Assembly (NCBI GenBank): GCA_037447605.1
Contig: CM074808.1
Span: 3,596,001 to 3,660,000 of the forward strand
Direction of reading: 5' to 3'
From: Zygnema circumcarinatum SAG 698-1b
Taxonomy: Eukaryota; Plantae; Zygnematophyceae
Length of the DNA stretch: 64,000 nucleotides
The translations under genes were made by a program, and so were the position numbers. The notes under the pieces are model-generated. The model was not told the origin of the DNA, made no database searches, and saw only the letters and a program-made list of their open reading frames with translations. This document shows, in pieces, positions 53,099-64,000 of this stretch (within the stretch, counting starts at the first letter, position 1; each line of letters opens with the position of its first letter).

Positions 53099-54540
53099 TC
53101 GCCGACTCCCGGCAGCATTCCTCCTTCTCAATGACAACAACAGGGCCAAGTTTTGCTACGCAACTTTTACGGCGAGTTGGGAAATTCCTCTCGGCTCTTC
53201 TTGGACGCAAAAGACGATTTTAGATGATTTTTTCCTTTTTTACTATCTGCTCCGACCGGCTGGCTGCCTTCTGTGTAAAAGGCAGGGCAGGGCAGGGCTC
53301 GTTCAGTGCAGATCGGCGCTCCTTTCTGCTACAGATTGGAGTCAGTCGTCAGAGAGGCCTGGGTTAGGGAAAGGCGTAGTGTACTTTATAGCCTGAGTTT
53401 CTTGGTTATCAAGTTCAGGTTTAACAAAACTGATGATCATGTGGGTCGGAGCATGGGGAGAGAGAGAGAGAGGGGGGGGGGGGGGGAGCTTGGATTCAGC
53501 CAAGCTCAGAAAACGCGTTTAAGCGGTTTAGGGTTCTCAGGGTTCGAGTACTATGTGGGGTATATTGCTATGGGGTAAGATAAGTGCTGTGGCAGCTCTA
53601 GCTTGGACTGTGAGCGCAAGCGAGTTGCTAGGAAAGGCGGGGTATTAGTAGAGGTGGGGTTGAAGATTTAGGGTTCTGGGTTCAAGGTTGTATTTATACA
53701 TTTAAGTTGGGGGAGGGAGGGAGAGGAGTCAACGAACTTGTCCCATACATGTTCCGATGGGGGCCATTGTGGGATATGGAATTGAGGAAACAAGACGAGG
53801 ATAAGGTCACCCTCACTCGAATGGGCAAGAGCATGTGCACGTGATGGGAAGATGGGCTTGATGCAATGAGGTCAGACGATCATGGTATGATCATGTATGG
53901 TCGATTGGTCGGATGGTCGGGCATGGTCGTGGACATTGACGTGTCAATGATTCGAACATGCAAGTTGGTTCCAGCAAGGAAAGGATTTGGGTCAAACAAA
54001 TAAATCAAGGAAAGCAATAACAGGGCGAACATACTCATATGCTGGTTTTGCGCCATACTATGTATTCGCTATTCCATATCACATGGGACCTCGTACAGAT
54101 CATATCAGAGTCCCATAATCTCAGGCAGTATCATCATCAGCCTACCGCCCTCCCCCGATCCCATCATCGATCATTTGATACTCATTTACTAAACGGAAAT
54201 TTTACAAGAAAGAATTCCACGTCTCAAGACCCCCAGCCTTTCTATTCTGGCGTCACATCATGAAGCCCTACCACCCAATGATGCCCAACCACCACTTACC
54301 GCCACTCTCAGGAGCCTCCCACCAGAATACTCCCACCAACTCTCCCTCCCACCATCCTCCTAAGTTTCGACAATGAATATTATGTACACAATTCCTCAAA
54401 ACGATATCACCATTCCCTCCCCCACTTTTCCAAGGGCACATCCCTCACTCTCTCCCATCTCCCACTGAGGCTGCCCCCAAAAGTGAAAGGAGCCCTTATC
54501 TTCCCTATGCAGCATCCCATCATCATGTATGGGATGCTGC

Positions 54541-56685
54541 TCAGCATGCAGCCAGAACCTCCAATAGCGCCGCAGCGAAGCGGACCTGCGTGGCTTCTTC
54601 TATGACATGGAAGGAGGGCACATGCACAAAGATGCATGTGGCTCCACTAACGAGAGCAGCGTGACGGAGTGACTGGTAGTACACATAGTTACAGACAAAG
54701 CGCCCAGCATCATCCGAAAGCGTCACGTCAAAGCCCTTCGCCCGAAGCTGTTCTGCAATCCAACCAGTCGGAAGCGTCGTCTGCAAAGGTCCAAACATGG
54801 AAATTCAATAAAAACTGACCAAAGATTACGGAGATTCACAAAGTGTTGGAAGGTAACAAGGAACAGGCAAGATATGACGGGCCTGAACATAACCTGGACT
54901 GAGGGAAAAGGACTTCATCTGAAACAAACCATCGTCGCTAAAAGGAAATGGTCCAAATTTAAGTTCCATATAAATTTTCCTGACATGGAGTGCCTTAACT
55001 GGTGAGGAACATGTGAAAGGAAACTTGTGAGGAACAATTCATTAACAAAGTATAAGGGAGTATAGTTCCTACTTCACACTTGAACAACTACCAGTCCAGA
55101 AATGAAGCACAGCACGAGGAAAAATGAGTTGGTCTGTTGCAAACGAAAACTGGAATGACAGCAAAAGGACAATCTGTGTGGGCCAAAACATCACCTTTCG
55201 AACAAAGCCAACGTGCCCGTCCTCCTTGACTATCATTTCTCTCTGCACCTCAAGCGAAACAGAAAACCCCATCAGGAAGGAGTGATGAGAACAACGATAG
55301 CCGGGTATTGTAATGACAAGGAAGTAAGGAGAAGCTCAAAAGAAAACACGACGGGAGAAATGAACAGAATGCTTAGTCAGAGGTAAAGCCCGAATTGAGA
55401 AATGTGAGACACAGAAAGGAAAACGAAAGGAAGAAACCGAATGACAGAAATTAATAGAAAATGGCGGAAAGTCAAATGAAGGAGACGAAACTCCAGATGA
55501 GAAAAATGAAACATAGCAGGAAGAAACGCAAGGCCAAGAGTTGAAGTGAGTGCAGGAATAGCCGCGAATTCGAAGGTACGTGGAAAAGGCAGAAATGAAG
55601 GAGACATAGAACCAGAGAGAGGGAGGGGGGGGGGGTTGCGAGTAGACACATTATCAGTCATTCAAGAAAAAAAGGCCCATATATGCGTGAGATGCACTAG
55701 GCTAAAATCAGAGCAGGGCATCAAAGATCAACCTGAGGCTGCCAGCCCATTTCATCTGCGCACCGAAAGGTCGCTTCATTCACAGCCCGCCGCTCAATGG
55801 CAAATTTGTATGCTCCGCTGTTCACACCGAAATGGACCTGCATTGACTCACAGCCGTCAGTCCCTTCCAATCCATTTCCGATCGCGCTTTTCAATAGTAT
55901 TGTAGCTCAACCTTCTGACGACACCAAGGCTTCGGTGTACAGTAGGAGTGGGACGTGACTCCACATAGGTGACCTACAGCCCTTCAAACGACAAATTCTG
56001 CTGTGACTTCTCCGAACATTACGCATGTAATTCTTACAGAGTCTGAGTCAGTCAGAGTAAGAGTTCTAGTCCTTCGTGCTGAGATTCTGCAATCTGACGT
56101 TTGACATGAAGGGACTGGAGGTTTTACTCCTACTAGTGAATAAATTTTCCAGTTGGCTGTTACGCAAATGATACAGAGCTTTAAAAATGAACTTCCAACA
56201 CTCAACAATAATCCCAAGTAGTTTCCAGAAGGCATACTACATCAACTTACCCAAACCACTCGGGAGCCCTTCAAGGGAACAACTGGCCCTCCACCAACAA
56301 TCGTTTCCACATCGCCCAAACGTTTCGCGCTATTTTCCTCGCCCTTCTGCTTATCTTCTCCTACCCCTCCACTTTCCTCCTTCCTCTCCTTGTCGCTCCC
56401 TCCCTTCTCGCCCACAACAAGACTCAGGCCGCCCGCCTCCTTCCCTACCAGCCCCTCTCCCTTGAATGGCCTTTCTAACAATTGAATCAGCTGTGAAACC
56501 GCACCCTGAGCTGCTGTCTCCAGAATGGTACAACTTCCTAAACAAGCTCCAGCGGGGAGGGAGCCATTCTTTTCAAGGTAAGTCGGAAGCTCCATCGCAA
56601 TAGTCTCCGTTGGATTCACGGGAACGCCTTGAAACTTCTTGAAACCCGTTACATGGAACACGGTGGCCGGGCCCTCCGAGCCCAT
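54541..56685 (-). CDS. Pyroglutamyl-peptidase I (pyrrolidone-carboxylate peptidase, peptidase C15)
   Basis: Exons ~56251-56685 (MGSEGP..HVTGFKKFQGVPVNPTE), 55733-55837 (VHFGVNSG..FAIERRAVNEATFRC.DEMGWQPQ), 55196-55243 and 54541-54780 (SDDAGRFVCNYVYY..FVHVP). Glu/Cys/His catalytic motifs are present. Confidence 0.92.
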
Positions 56686-57688
56686 TTTCCAGAATTCAAC
56701 AGCTCAAGAACGCAAGAACTGGAGCTCGGTGACAGGATCTATATGGAAAACCGAAGATTATCGACTCAAAACAATATTGAAGCAGCACAGAACCGGCTCA
56801 TTAAAGAAATATCGAATTTGCCGAAATATGTAAAAAATTCGTTTCAGCGCCGGTTTGTGAAGACCCGCCGCTTGACCCTCACATGAAGCGGAATACTGAA
56901 TGAGAGATTAAGAAGTAGAGAAAAATAAATTAAAATCATGCGACAGACCAAATCATAAGTGAAATATAGCCTTCCTTGTGTGCATGTGCAAAGAAAAACA
57001 GGAAAAGAACAGGTACTTATCTCACGTTTTTTTTTTTTTTCGTTAATTTCTCAGTCAAAGATACGCTTCAGGATGTGAGCTGTTTCAATCTAATTCAGGA
57101 AAGGGACAAACGAAGGGAAACAAGGGGTGGAAAAACAACGAATGCATCAGCTGATCAAACAGGCTGACTAAAATAGCTGAAGTTGACTGCGGAAATAGTA
57201 CAAGTGCGCAGAAGGAAAATATTGGGACCAAGAGAGAGCGAAGGAGCAGACAAAACTTGCATCTCACAGGGGGAGAAAAAGAAAGCAAGAGGACTTTCTA
57301 TGAAGCAACCACAATTTTGAACTTATCTATCGCTCCATTACATACACAACAAGGGTCATGCTGTAAGCAAGTCTCTTTCCAATCGTTTGATCAAGACAAA
57401 CATTCCAAAGAGTCAATCTTGCAACTGCACCACCAACAAACTAGTTGGTTCAAAAACACTGTATTGATCATTTCCACAGAATACAAAGTCATCTGAAAAC
57501 AATATGTGGTCCAAAAAGCAGTGCATTGTCACCTGAAGAAAAGAAATTGCTTCCAAGAACCTCCATAAACGCCCGCCTGCCTGCCGCAGGGCCGACCTGC
57601 TTCCAGCAACAGCCAGCCACCCAGCGCTGACGCCGTCCTTTTACCTAAAAGGCCAATCGTGGTTTTTCTACATAAACAACGCACATCC

Positions 57689-58600
57689 GTACACGCTTAG
57701 TTGAGAGCAGTTATTTCGTACATGTACGGCAGGACAGTACAGTACCGTATGGACAAACATGTACGGCTATACGGCGCCTTGAAAGGACGAGCATGTCCGT
57801 ACGGTACCGTCAGATTTGTAGCGGGACCTACTGCAACCAACCGGATTAGACTGATCCATCATCACAGTTACAATAAGCGTCGAAAATTACGTCAACCAAT
57901 CCGATGCCTTCCTCGTTGCCAGGACCAATTTTATCTGAAAAATTGTCGCCCGGAATGCATGCTCATCCGTACATTGAAATTGTCGTCCCGATCTGACCGT
58001 TCAAGGTCTGTAATCGACGGTCCATAGGGCACGGAAGGACCGTACACGTCAGCATCGCTAGAAACGGCCTCCGGTCCTGCGGAAAGCCTTTCCGGCGCGT
58101 CCGCTGCCGCCCGGAGGCTGACGCCCGCCGACAAAGGGTAGGAGCCAGGCTCTATGCTGGAAATCTACACGCCGTTCAGTGAATCATTACGGGTTCATGC
58201 ATTTCTATTATATAGTGTTAAGGTCTGTTAAACAACGGAATAGCTGCACATGGACAAGGAACAGGGCAGGATTCTGGAGGATAGTGTGAGCGTAGTCAAG
58301 CATCTGACCAATGGCTAGTTGAATCAAAGTGCATACGTGGCGTGTCGTGAGTGGCCCAAAGCTGAAGGCTTAAGTTCGGCATGGAGAAAGGCCACAAATC
58401 GGACCATTAATTGCATCAACCATTGGAACGACTACCAACTATTGGTTCACGACCCAGCCAACCAATAGTTGCCAACCATTGGCAATGCTTGCTGACAATG
58501 TACAGGTAAGGTGAATCCAGAAACAGTGGTTGACTGGCTGCCAACCATTGGACGGCCAACCATTGCAATCCAATGGTTGTCCAATGGTTGCCGATCCAAT
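57689..58600. promoter_or_regulatory. Divergent intergenic region with a GTAC cluster (57689-58045) and a CCAAT-box array (58422-58600)
   Basis: 10 GTAC and 8 CCAAT/ATTGG counted by eye. Lies between the peptidase and selenoprotein W genes. Confidence 0.45.
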
Positions 58601-58761
58601 GGACCGACATGTGCAGGTCCAGGTCTGCACTCTGCAGGCTCCATCCAGTCCTCGAGCTACTGCTGCTGCTGCTGCTGCAGGATCAGGGTTAGGGTTAGCG
58701 CGTGTCTTCTATCTGAGCGCTTCTCCAGACTGCTGCTGAATCTTTCGCCGCGCCTTCCGCC

Positions 58762-60440
58762 ATGGCGAGTCTCCGCATCAACATTCTTTACTGGTGAACG
58801 GCGCTGCTCCTGCGCTTTCTGCCGCCGCATCATTTCGAAAGAAGGGGAGGGGAGAATGGGAGAGGAAGGAAGGGGAGTGTGCAAGAGCAGTGCGAGGGTC
58901 AGGGTCGGAACTGGGGAGGGGGGGAAAGAGAAAATAGGAATAAGGGAGAGGGAAGTGGGGTGAGGGGACAGGGAAGAGAAGAGTCGAAGAGGGAAGAGGG
59001 GAGATGGGAGTGGAGAGTTGAAGAGTGGATACGAGAGAGGGGGAGGGAGGGGAAGACTTTGAGAAAGGGAATGAAGAGTGAAAATTGTTTTCTGACGTTC
59101 AGATGCCTGTTGTGTGGTGGCGTTGATTTGGCACATGTATCGGCTTTATTTTCCTGGTTTGGCTTTCTGTATCGGCAGCGGTGCCTGAGGTGAGTCCAGA
59201 GCTTAGAAATTGTACTTTTTTATTTTTCTTTGTTCGACAATCGCGTTGGATGAATGAAGATATTGCTTACTTCCTCTACGCTTTATTCTTTCACCCGTTT
59301 AGGACATACTGTTTTAGTCATACGAAGTATCGTCAACCAAACAAACCACGATGTCATGAGTAATCGTATGGTCGTAGATTCCGTTATCTGTACTCTCGAA
59401 TAACTCTGTTTCGATCTCTTCCCCTTTCTCCCGCCTCGCGATCTCTCTCTCATTCTCTTTCTTTCTCGTTTTCTCTTTTCCTATCTCTCTCGTTCTCTCC
59501 ATCTCCTTCCTTCCTTTGGTCTCTTCTTGTTCCTTGTGTGGTGGTGCTGACGTCAGGATTGACATGCAGGGTATCGTCGACGGGCTGTGGCCATTCAAGA
59601 TGCCCTAAATCAGAAGTTTCCCGGGCAGCTGGAATTCACCTTCCAGGCCACAACCACTGCAACCGGGTACTTGGGTCAGTGAACTTGCCACATAACACGG
59701 CTACATTCGACCTGCCATGGCTTTTTTCTCTCATGTCTCCTTTTATATTATTTATTTTTTCGTTTTTGTGCATGCGGTATGGATAGAATGTCTGAATTGA
59801 TATGGAACGTGAAACTGTTGCAAGAAGTTGTGTTGAGTTATCGCCCCGTTCTCATGGGCCTTTCTGTTCTCTTGAATGGTTTTTTGTTTCTGTAGTGTTC
59901 CAAAAACCTAGTGATGATGCTTCTTTCCAGTTTTCGGTGAATGCATGCATCGTGCTGAAAGGGCTGGTTATTGTTACCATCTTCTGGGCTCTCCCTCATT
60001 TTTGCTCCGTTTTGTTTCAGTCATGCGACTTATTATGTTATTCAGCGATTGCCTGTTTCTGATCGTTGCTGTCTTGCAGCCAAGACCAGTGTGAATGAAT
60101 GAATTATTGCTGTTTAAGAAGGAGGGGAGGTTGTTCCGGGTTTTGAATTGTTTGCAGAAGTGCAAGTTGTTGGCGGGCCCTTACTTCATTCGAAGAAGAG
60201 CGGTGACGGATATGTACGACTTATAGGCTTTCAAATCCTAAAAATCACCAGAACTCATCTAATAGGTTATAGAGACGGAAGAAAGTGGGCAATCACTCAG
60301 TTGCCCCGCTGCGTGCTTTACTCTTATGGAAATCCTATCTTTAAAGAACTTGTTTTTGGGTTTGACAGGTGGACTCCTCTGCGAAGATGCAGCGCATCAT
60401 CGACGGAGTCGCTGCATGTCTAGCCTCTCCCTCGGATTGA
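58762..60440 (+). CDS. SELENOW: Selenoprotein W (Rdx family, CxxU motif), 91 aa, Sec UGA at 59186-59188
   Basis: Exons 58762-58793, 59179-59189, 59570-59674, 60158-60213 and 60369-60440 (all GT-AG, total 276 nt) give MASLRINILYCGAUGYRRRAVAIQDALNQKFPGQLEFTFQATTTATGYLEVQVVGGPLLHSKKSGDGYVDSSAKMQRIIDGVAACLASPSD*. YCGAUGY, FPG.L, TG..EV and HSKK.GDGYVD are hallmark SelW motifs. Confidence 0.93.
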
Positions 60441-60650
60441 GGAGGGCCTACCTTCTGCTCTCTATGCTGCCAATTCTGTAGATGGTGAGATGCTCATAGA
60501 CAATAATAAGTCAAGCAGCATGACGATTCAGTTTCTTTTTTTCGGTTGTTTATGAGTACTGAAAACCTGTACTGCCTGTCGGCCATCAAGAGCATATGAA
60601 GTGAGAGTTGACCTCATGAAGGGCGATGGGGCTTGCAGGTCATTTCCGAG

Positions 60651-60747
60651 GTTGCTTGAGCATGCATGTGACAGAATCGACTGAAAGAGGACACGTCCTC
60701 AGGGAGATTCTCGACTTCGCCATTTTTTTGGTTTTTGCTCTTGCAGC
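60651..60747 (+). promoter_or_regulatory. Candidate type II SECIS element in the SelW 3' UTR
   Basis: Core GUGAC (60668-72) opposite CGAC (60712-15), giving tandem G.A/A.G pairs. Helix II AGAAUC/GAUUCU plus CU/AG. Unpaired AAA at 60684-86, 11 nt after the core. Apical mini-stem GAGGA-cacg-UCCUC. Possible helix I GUUGC..GAGCA / UGCUC..GCAGC. Confidence 0.75.
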
Positions 60748-61437
60748 TGAAGTGATGTTCCATAGACAGAGGCGGTTGATGAGGGCTTGTAACTGCTCTG
60801 CTTAGCGGAAGCGCAGCATCAGTTGTAAACAGAGTGAATGCTTGCAGCCATGTCTACATACATTGTAGCAGGCATTGAAATCTCAACAGAAATATGATGG
60901 AGGTCTCTCTCTGGAAAGTCAGTCCCATTGGAATGAGCAGTGCTGGCCTTGTCTGCCCATCCTCAATCTGCATATTTTATATGTGTGGTTACCCAAGTCT
61001 ACCATTTGGCCAACCATTTCGCTGTGCACATACTGTAACGCGTTTGTTGAAACTAAAGTTTGAACTGCGCATCAGCATGGAGAGCCGTGGAACTTTTGCC
61101 GTATCGTACGGACGGTAAACGCTCACGCGCGATTAGAACTGGCACTGGAACTGGCGGAGTGACATGGACGCAGTGCTGGGTCACGCAGTTCTGTGTGATC
61201 AAAGTCCCAGTTCCGAAGTTTGTTCGACAGCGAAACACCGTACGAACCGTTTGCGAATGTTCTGGCAAGTGCGGCACGTAACCAATTTACAGGTGTACGA
61301 ATGGGAAACGACAAGACCTTACTATAAAAGCGTACGGTATTTGAACTTTCCGAGCCACGTGGCAGAGCACGTCAGCACGGGGAGCCGGCAATCCTCGTGT
61401 TGGACAGCGGAGAAACGATTCGGTCCAGATAAATTTT

Positions 61438-62395
61438 GGGTAGTGATATTTCCACCCCTTTTTTGGATCCAAACACCCCTTCCCGGCCGGGCAGATTTCA
61501 AAAGGTATTAAAAACGGAAAATGCTTTTTCCGTTTTTTTTTCACACCATTTTGGAATCGATACCCACCTTCTTCCGTCGGCTGATTTTATTTTTGCTAAC
61601 CAAGGAAAATGATACCCCGTCACCGCATTTTGAATACTGTATCCCGCCTCCCTGAATTTTTTTTTTGAGGGAAAGACATATCTGCCTGCCCGAATCCGCT
61701 CGGAGCGAAAGATCCGTCTGCCACGAGATCGTTCGCGGGTGTCCGTCCTTCACACGTGTGTGTCAATCGCAACTGTCGATTCCCTCACAGATCGCACCAC
61801 TGCAGATTACCGTTCGATCTGCAGCCGGGCTCGATCTTAGCGAATGGAAAGCGCCCACGAGTCCCGTCAAAGCCGGATCGCACTTGCGAGTGCGCGAGTC
61901 CATCGGCGAGATCTCGTCATTGTTAGCTCCAAGCCAATCAACAGCTGCCACGTGTTACATTTTTGACGTGGAAAATTTTGATTGGTCCAAGCTCTCAATG
62001 TACGAAATTTTGGGTTCCTCAAAGTTACTACCGTACGACATTTGTACGGACAAACTGTCGAGGCGACTTTGGCGGGATACGTGGGCTCGTGCCATTCGCT
62101 GTGACCGAGCCCGGCTGCAGATCAAATAGTGATCTGTCGTGTTGGGATTTGCGAGGGAATCGACGGCTGTGATTGACCGCACGCGTGAAAAGAAATTCAG
62201 GTAGGCGGGATATTCAAAATGGGGTGACGGGTTATCATTTTCCTTGTTTCGCAAAAATAAAATCTGCCGATGGAGGGTGGGTATCGATTCCAAAAAGGTG
62301 TGAAAAAAGCATTTTCCGTTTTTAATCCTTTTTGAAATCTGCCCGGCCGGGAAGGGGTGTTTGGATCCAAAAAAGGGGTGGAAATATCACGACCC
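61438..62395. mobile_element. Non-autonomous long-TIR DNA transposon (MULE-like), 958 bp
   Basis: TIRs ~61438-61660 and ~62188-62395, with termini GGGTAGTGATATTTCCACCCC / GGGGTGGAAATATCACGACCC. Flanking direct repeat TAAATTTT at 61430-61437 and 62396-62403. No transposase inside. Confidence 0.85.
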
Positions 62396-63737
62396 TAAAT
62401 TTTTGACTTCATTACAAAACGACAGGTGACGGTACGGTACCGATAAAAAATCTCAGAAATCGACAAAACTAATCCCCCGAGATCTGAGATTTGATGCTAA
62501 TTTTGGCGGTAAGGCACAAAAAGTATGAGATATTTTTCCTGAAAAAAATATATCAAGGTTAGTATACCGCTTATATGCTGCTTCGTATTAATCATAAAGT
62601 AAAAAGTACTTATTTCGAAAACGTTGTCGTCGCCAAATGGCAAGGCTGACCTTACTATCCCAGATCCAGCCCGAAAACTCAGATTTTATTTTCTATTTAT
62701 AGATTTCAGTGTGGCTGACCGTAAAACCGAACGGGTTGAGAAAAAAAAATTTAAGATTTTTGGCTTCTCAAAAACAAAAAAACTTTCAAAACCAGTTTCT
62801 CAAAGCAAAACCCTGTATTTGTGAACATGATTTATTTTGAGAAATGAGAAATGAATTTCTATTTTTTCTTCTCAATACAGTTTTTATGGACAACCAATTG
62901 AAAATTGAACGATTATTTATTGTTCGTGTTCAATGTGAGTCTTCCTTGGGTCCACCGATCAACATGAGATTTTAGCGGATCGCAAAGCGCGTGGACCTGG
63001 AGGTCTGTACTGAAATTGTTGATCCGCTCGTGGGAAGAGTCGTACGAAAAAAATGGGTTAACCAGGATTAACCGGATCCCTCGGATCGCATGGAGCCAAA
63101 CGTGACAAAAACTGGAATCCACACGTGCGACCGAACCATTGAGTCTTGAACTTTTTTCTGTAATCTTTTCGCTTTCTTAAATCGAAAAAGTTTCGCCCTC
63201 TAGCGTTCAAAGTTCAACCCTATTCAATAACATGGACAATTGACAAATTACGTAAACTCGTTTCTCAATTTCTCAACCTGTTCGGTTTTACGATATTCGA
63301 AATCAAAACCGCAATTCCTGGAATCCCTTCCTAAATATGATATCCTGTATACTCGTACTTCCTTCAAAAAAAAGCAAATTCTAGGTCGATTTAGTACCAA
63401 CTCCCTTCTGAAAACGTTTCAGTCGCGGGCAGCGCTCACCAAACGACAAGCCAATCTTAACCCCATTCATTTGTATCCACAGATCGTCCAGTTGTACACG
63501 TGGCAGTGAATCCACTCGTCACGTGACCAACTCTATTTTTTGACTTATTTTTCGGGTCGGGCAAAAGGCACATGGCGGTCACATCAAATTTGAAGACAAC
63601 CAATCACATGGCATTACTGACGTCAATTGACCGTCAGTACCTGAGTCGTCCAGATGCCCATTGCCAAACCGGGCGGTCTCGCTTGTCGTATCTTAAGGCG
63701 CCCCGTTGCCGTACGTCCCTCCGTATATCTCGTACTG

Positions 63738-63822
63738 TACAGTAGACCCCCCCAATATTTTCGCCATGGTTTCGGCAAATATTGGGCGAAAATATTGGGT
63801 AGCGAAAATATAAGGGTGTCTG
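63738..63822. repeat. Short inverted-repeat cassette, possibly one end of a Tc1/pogo-like element
   Basis: TA-CAGTAGAC start; CCCAATATTTTCGCC (63751-65) and its perfect inverse GGCGAAAATATTGGG (63785-99), plus a further degenerate copy. Confidence 0.35.
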
Positions 63823-64000
63823 TGTTAACAGTAGGCGGGCGGTATTAGGTTAGAGTTACTGTTTGTTCGTACATATCGTATCGTAGCGTATCGTATCTAA
63901 TCCAAGAAGAAAAGGAGAGGAGCGAGCGCCTCTTACGGCGGCAGGTGCGGGAAGAGTCGGTGAGCCCATAACGGCTAGTACAGCTAGTACGGCTAGTAAG

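Noticed and set aside
59186-59188. In-frame TGA as evidence of a pseudogene
   Set aside because: It falls exactly at the Sec position of the SelW CxxU motif, the rest of the frame is intact, and a SECIS candidate follows.
61665-62129. 154-aa ORF inside the TIR element as a transposase or captured gene
   Set aside because: No DDE or other recognisable motif.

Overview
Eukaryotic, intron-rich nuclear DNA (GT-AG introns, microsatellite-filled introns, one 10-N gap). The gene content points to the green lineage, most plausibly a streptophyte alga; this is inferred from PTST1 and a plant-type Methyltransf_29 gene occurring alongside a PTB-type phosphate symporter, G8 proteins and a selenoprotein. 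Nine protein-coding genes were rebuilt by hand: (1) a Golgi-type PMT methyltransferase with a ~1,400-aa acidic repeat stem; (2) a small two-LysM protein with a transit-peptide-like N-terminus; (3) a PHO4/PiT (PTB-type) phosphate transporter; (4) PTST1; (5) a conserved plastid-type membrane protein; (6, 7) a head-to-head pair of secreted G8/beta-helix paralogues ending in a bacterial-like jelly-roll domain; (8) pyroglutamyl peptidase I; (9) a five-exon selenoprotein W gene that the ORF track does not recover. The selenoprotein W gene is the main finding. Its Sec UGA lies in an 11-nt microexon, a SECIS-like hairpin sits in the 3' UTR, and its stop codon is itself a UGA followed in frame by a CxxC-CxxC tail and a third UGA. 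Also present: a 958-bp MULE-like element with ~210-225-bp TIRs and an 8-bp TSD, three apparently exact tandem duplications bounded by microsatellites, a 2.2-kb almost pure pyrimidine intron tract, and dense GTAC, G-box and CCAAT clusters in intergenic DNA. All exon coordinates and family assignments come from reading the sequence and recalling family motifs; no database search was run.
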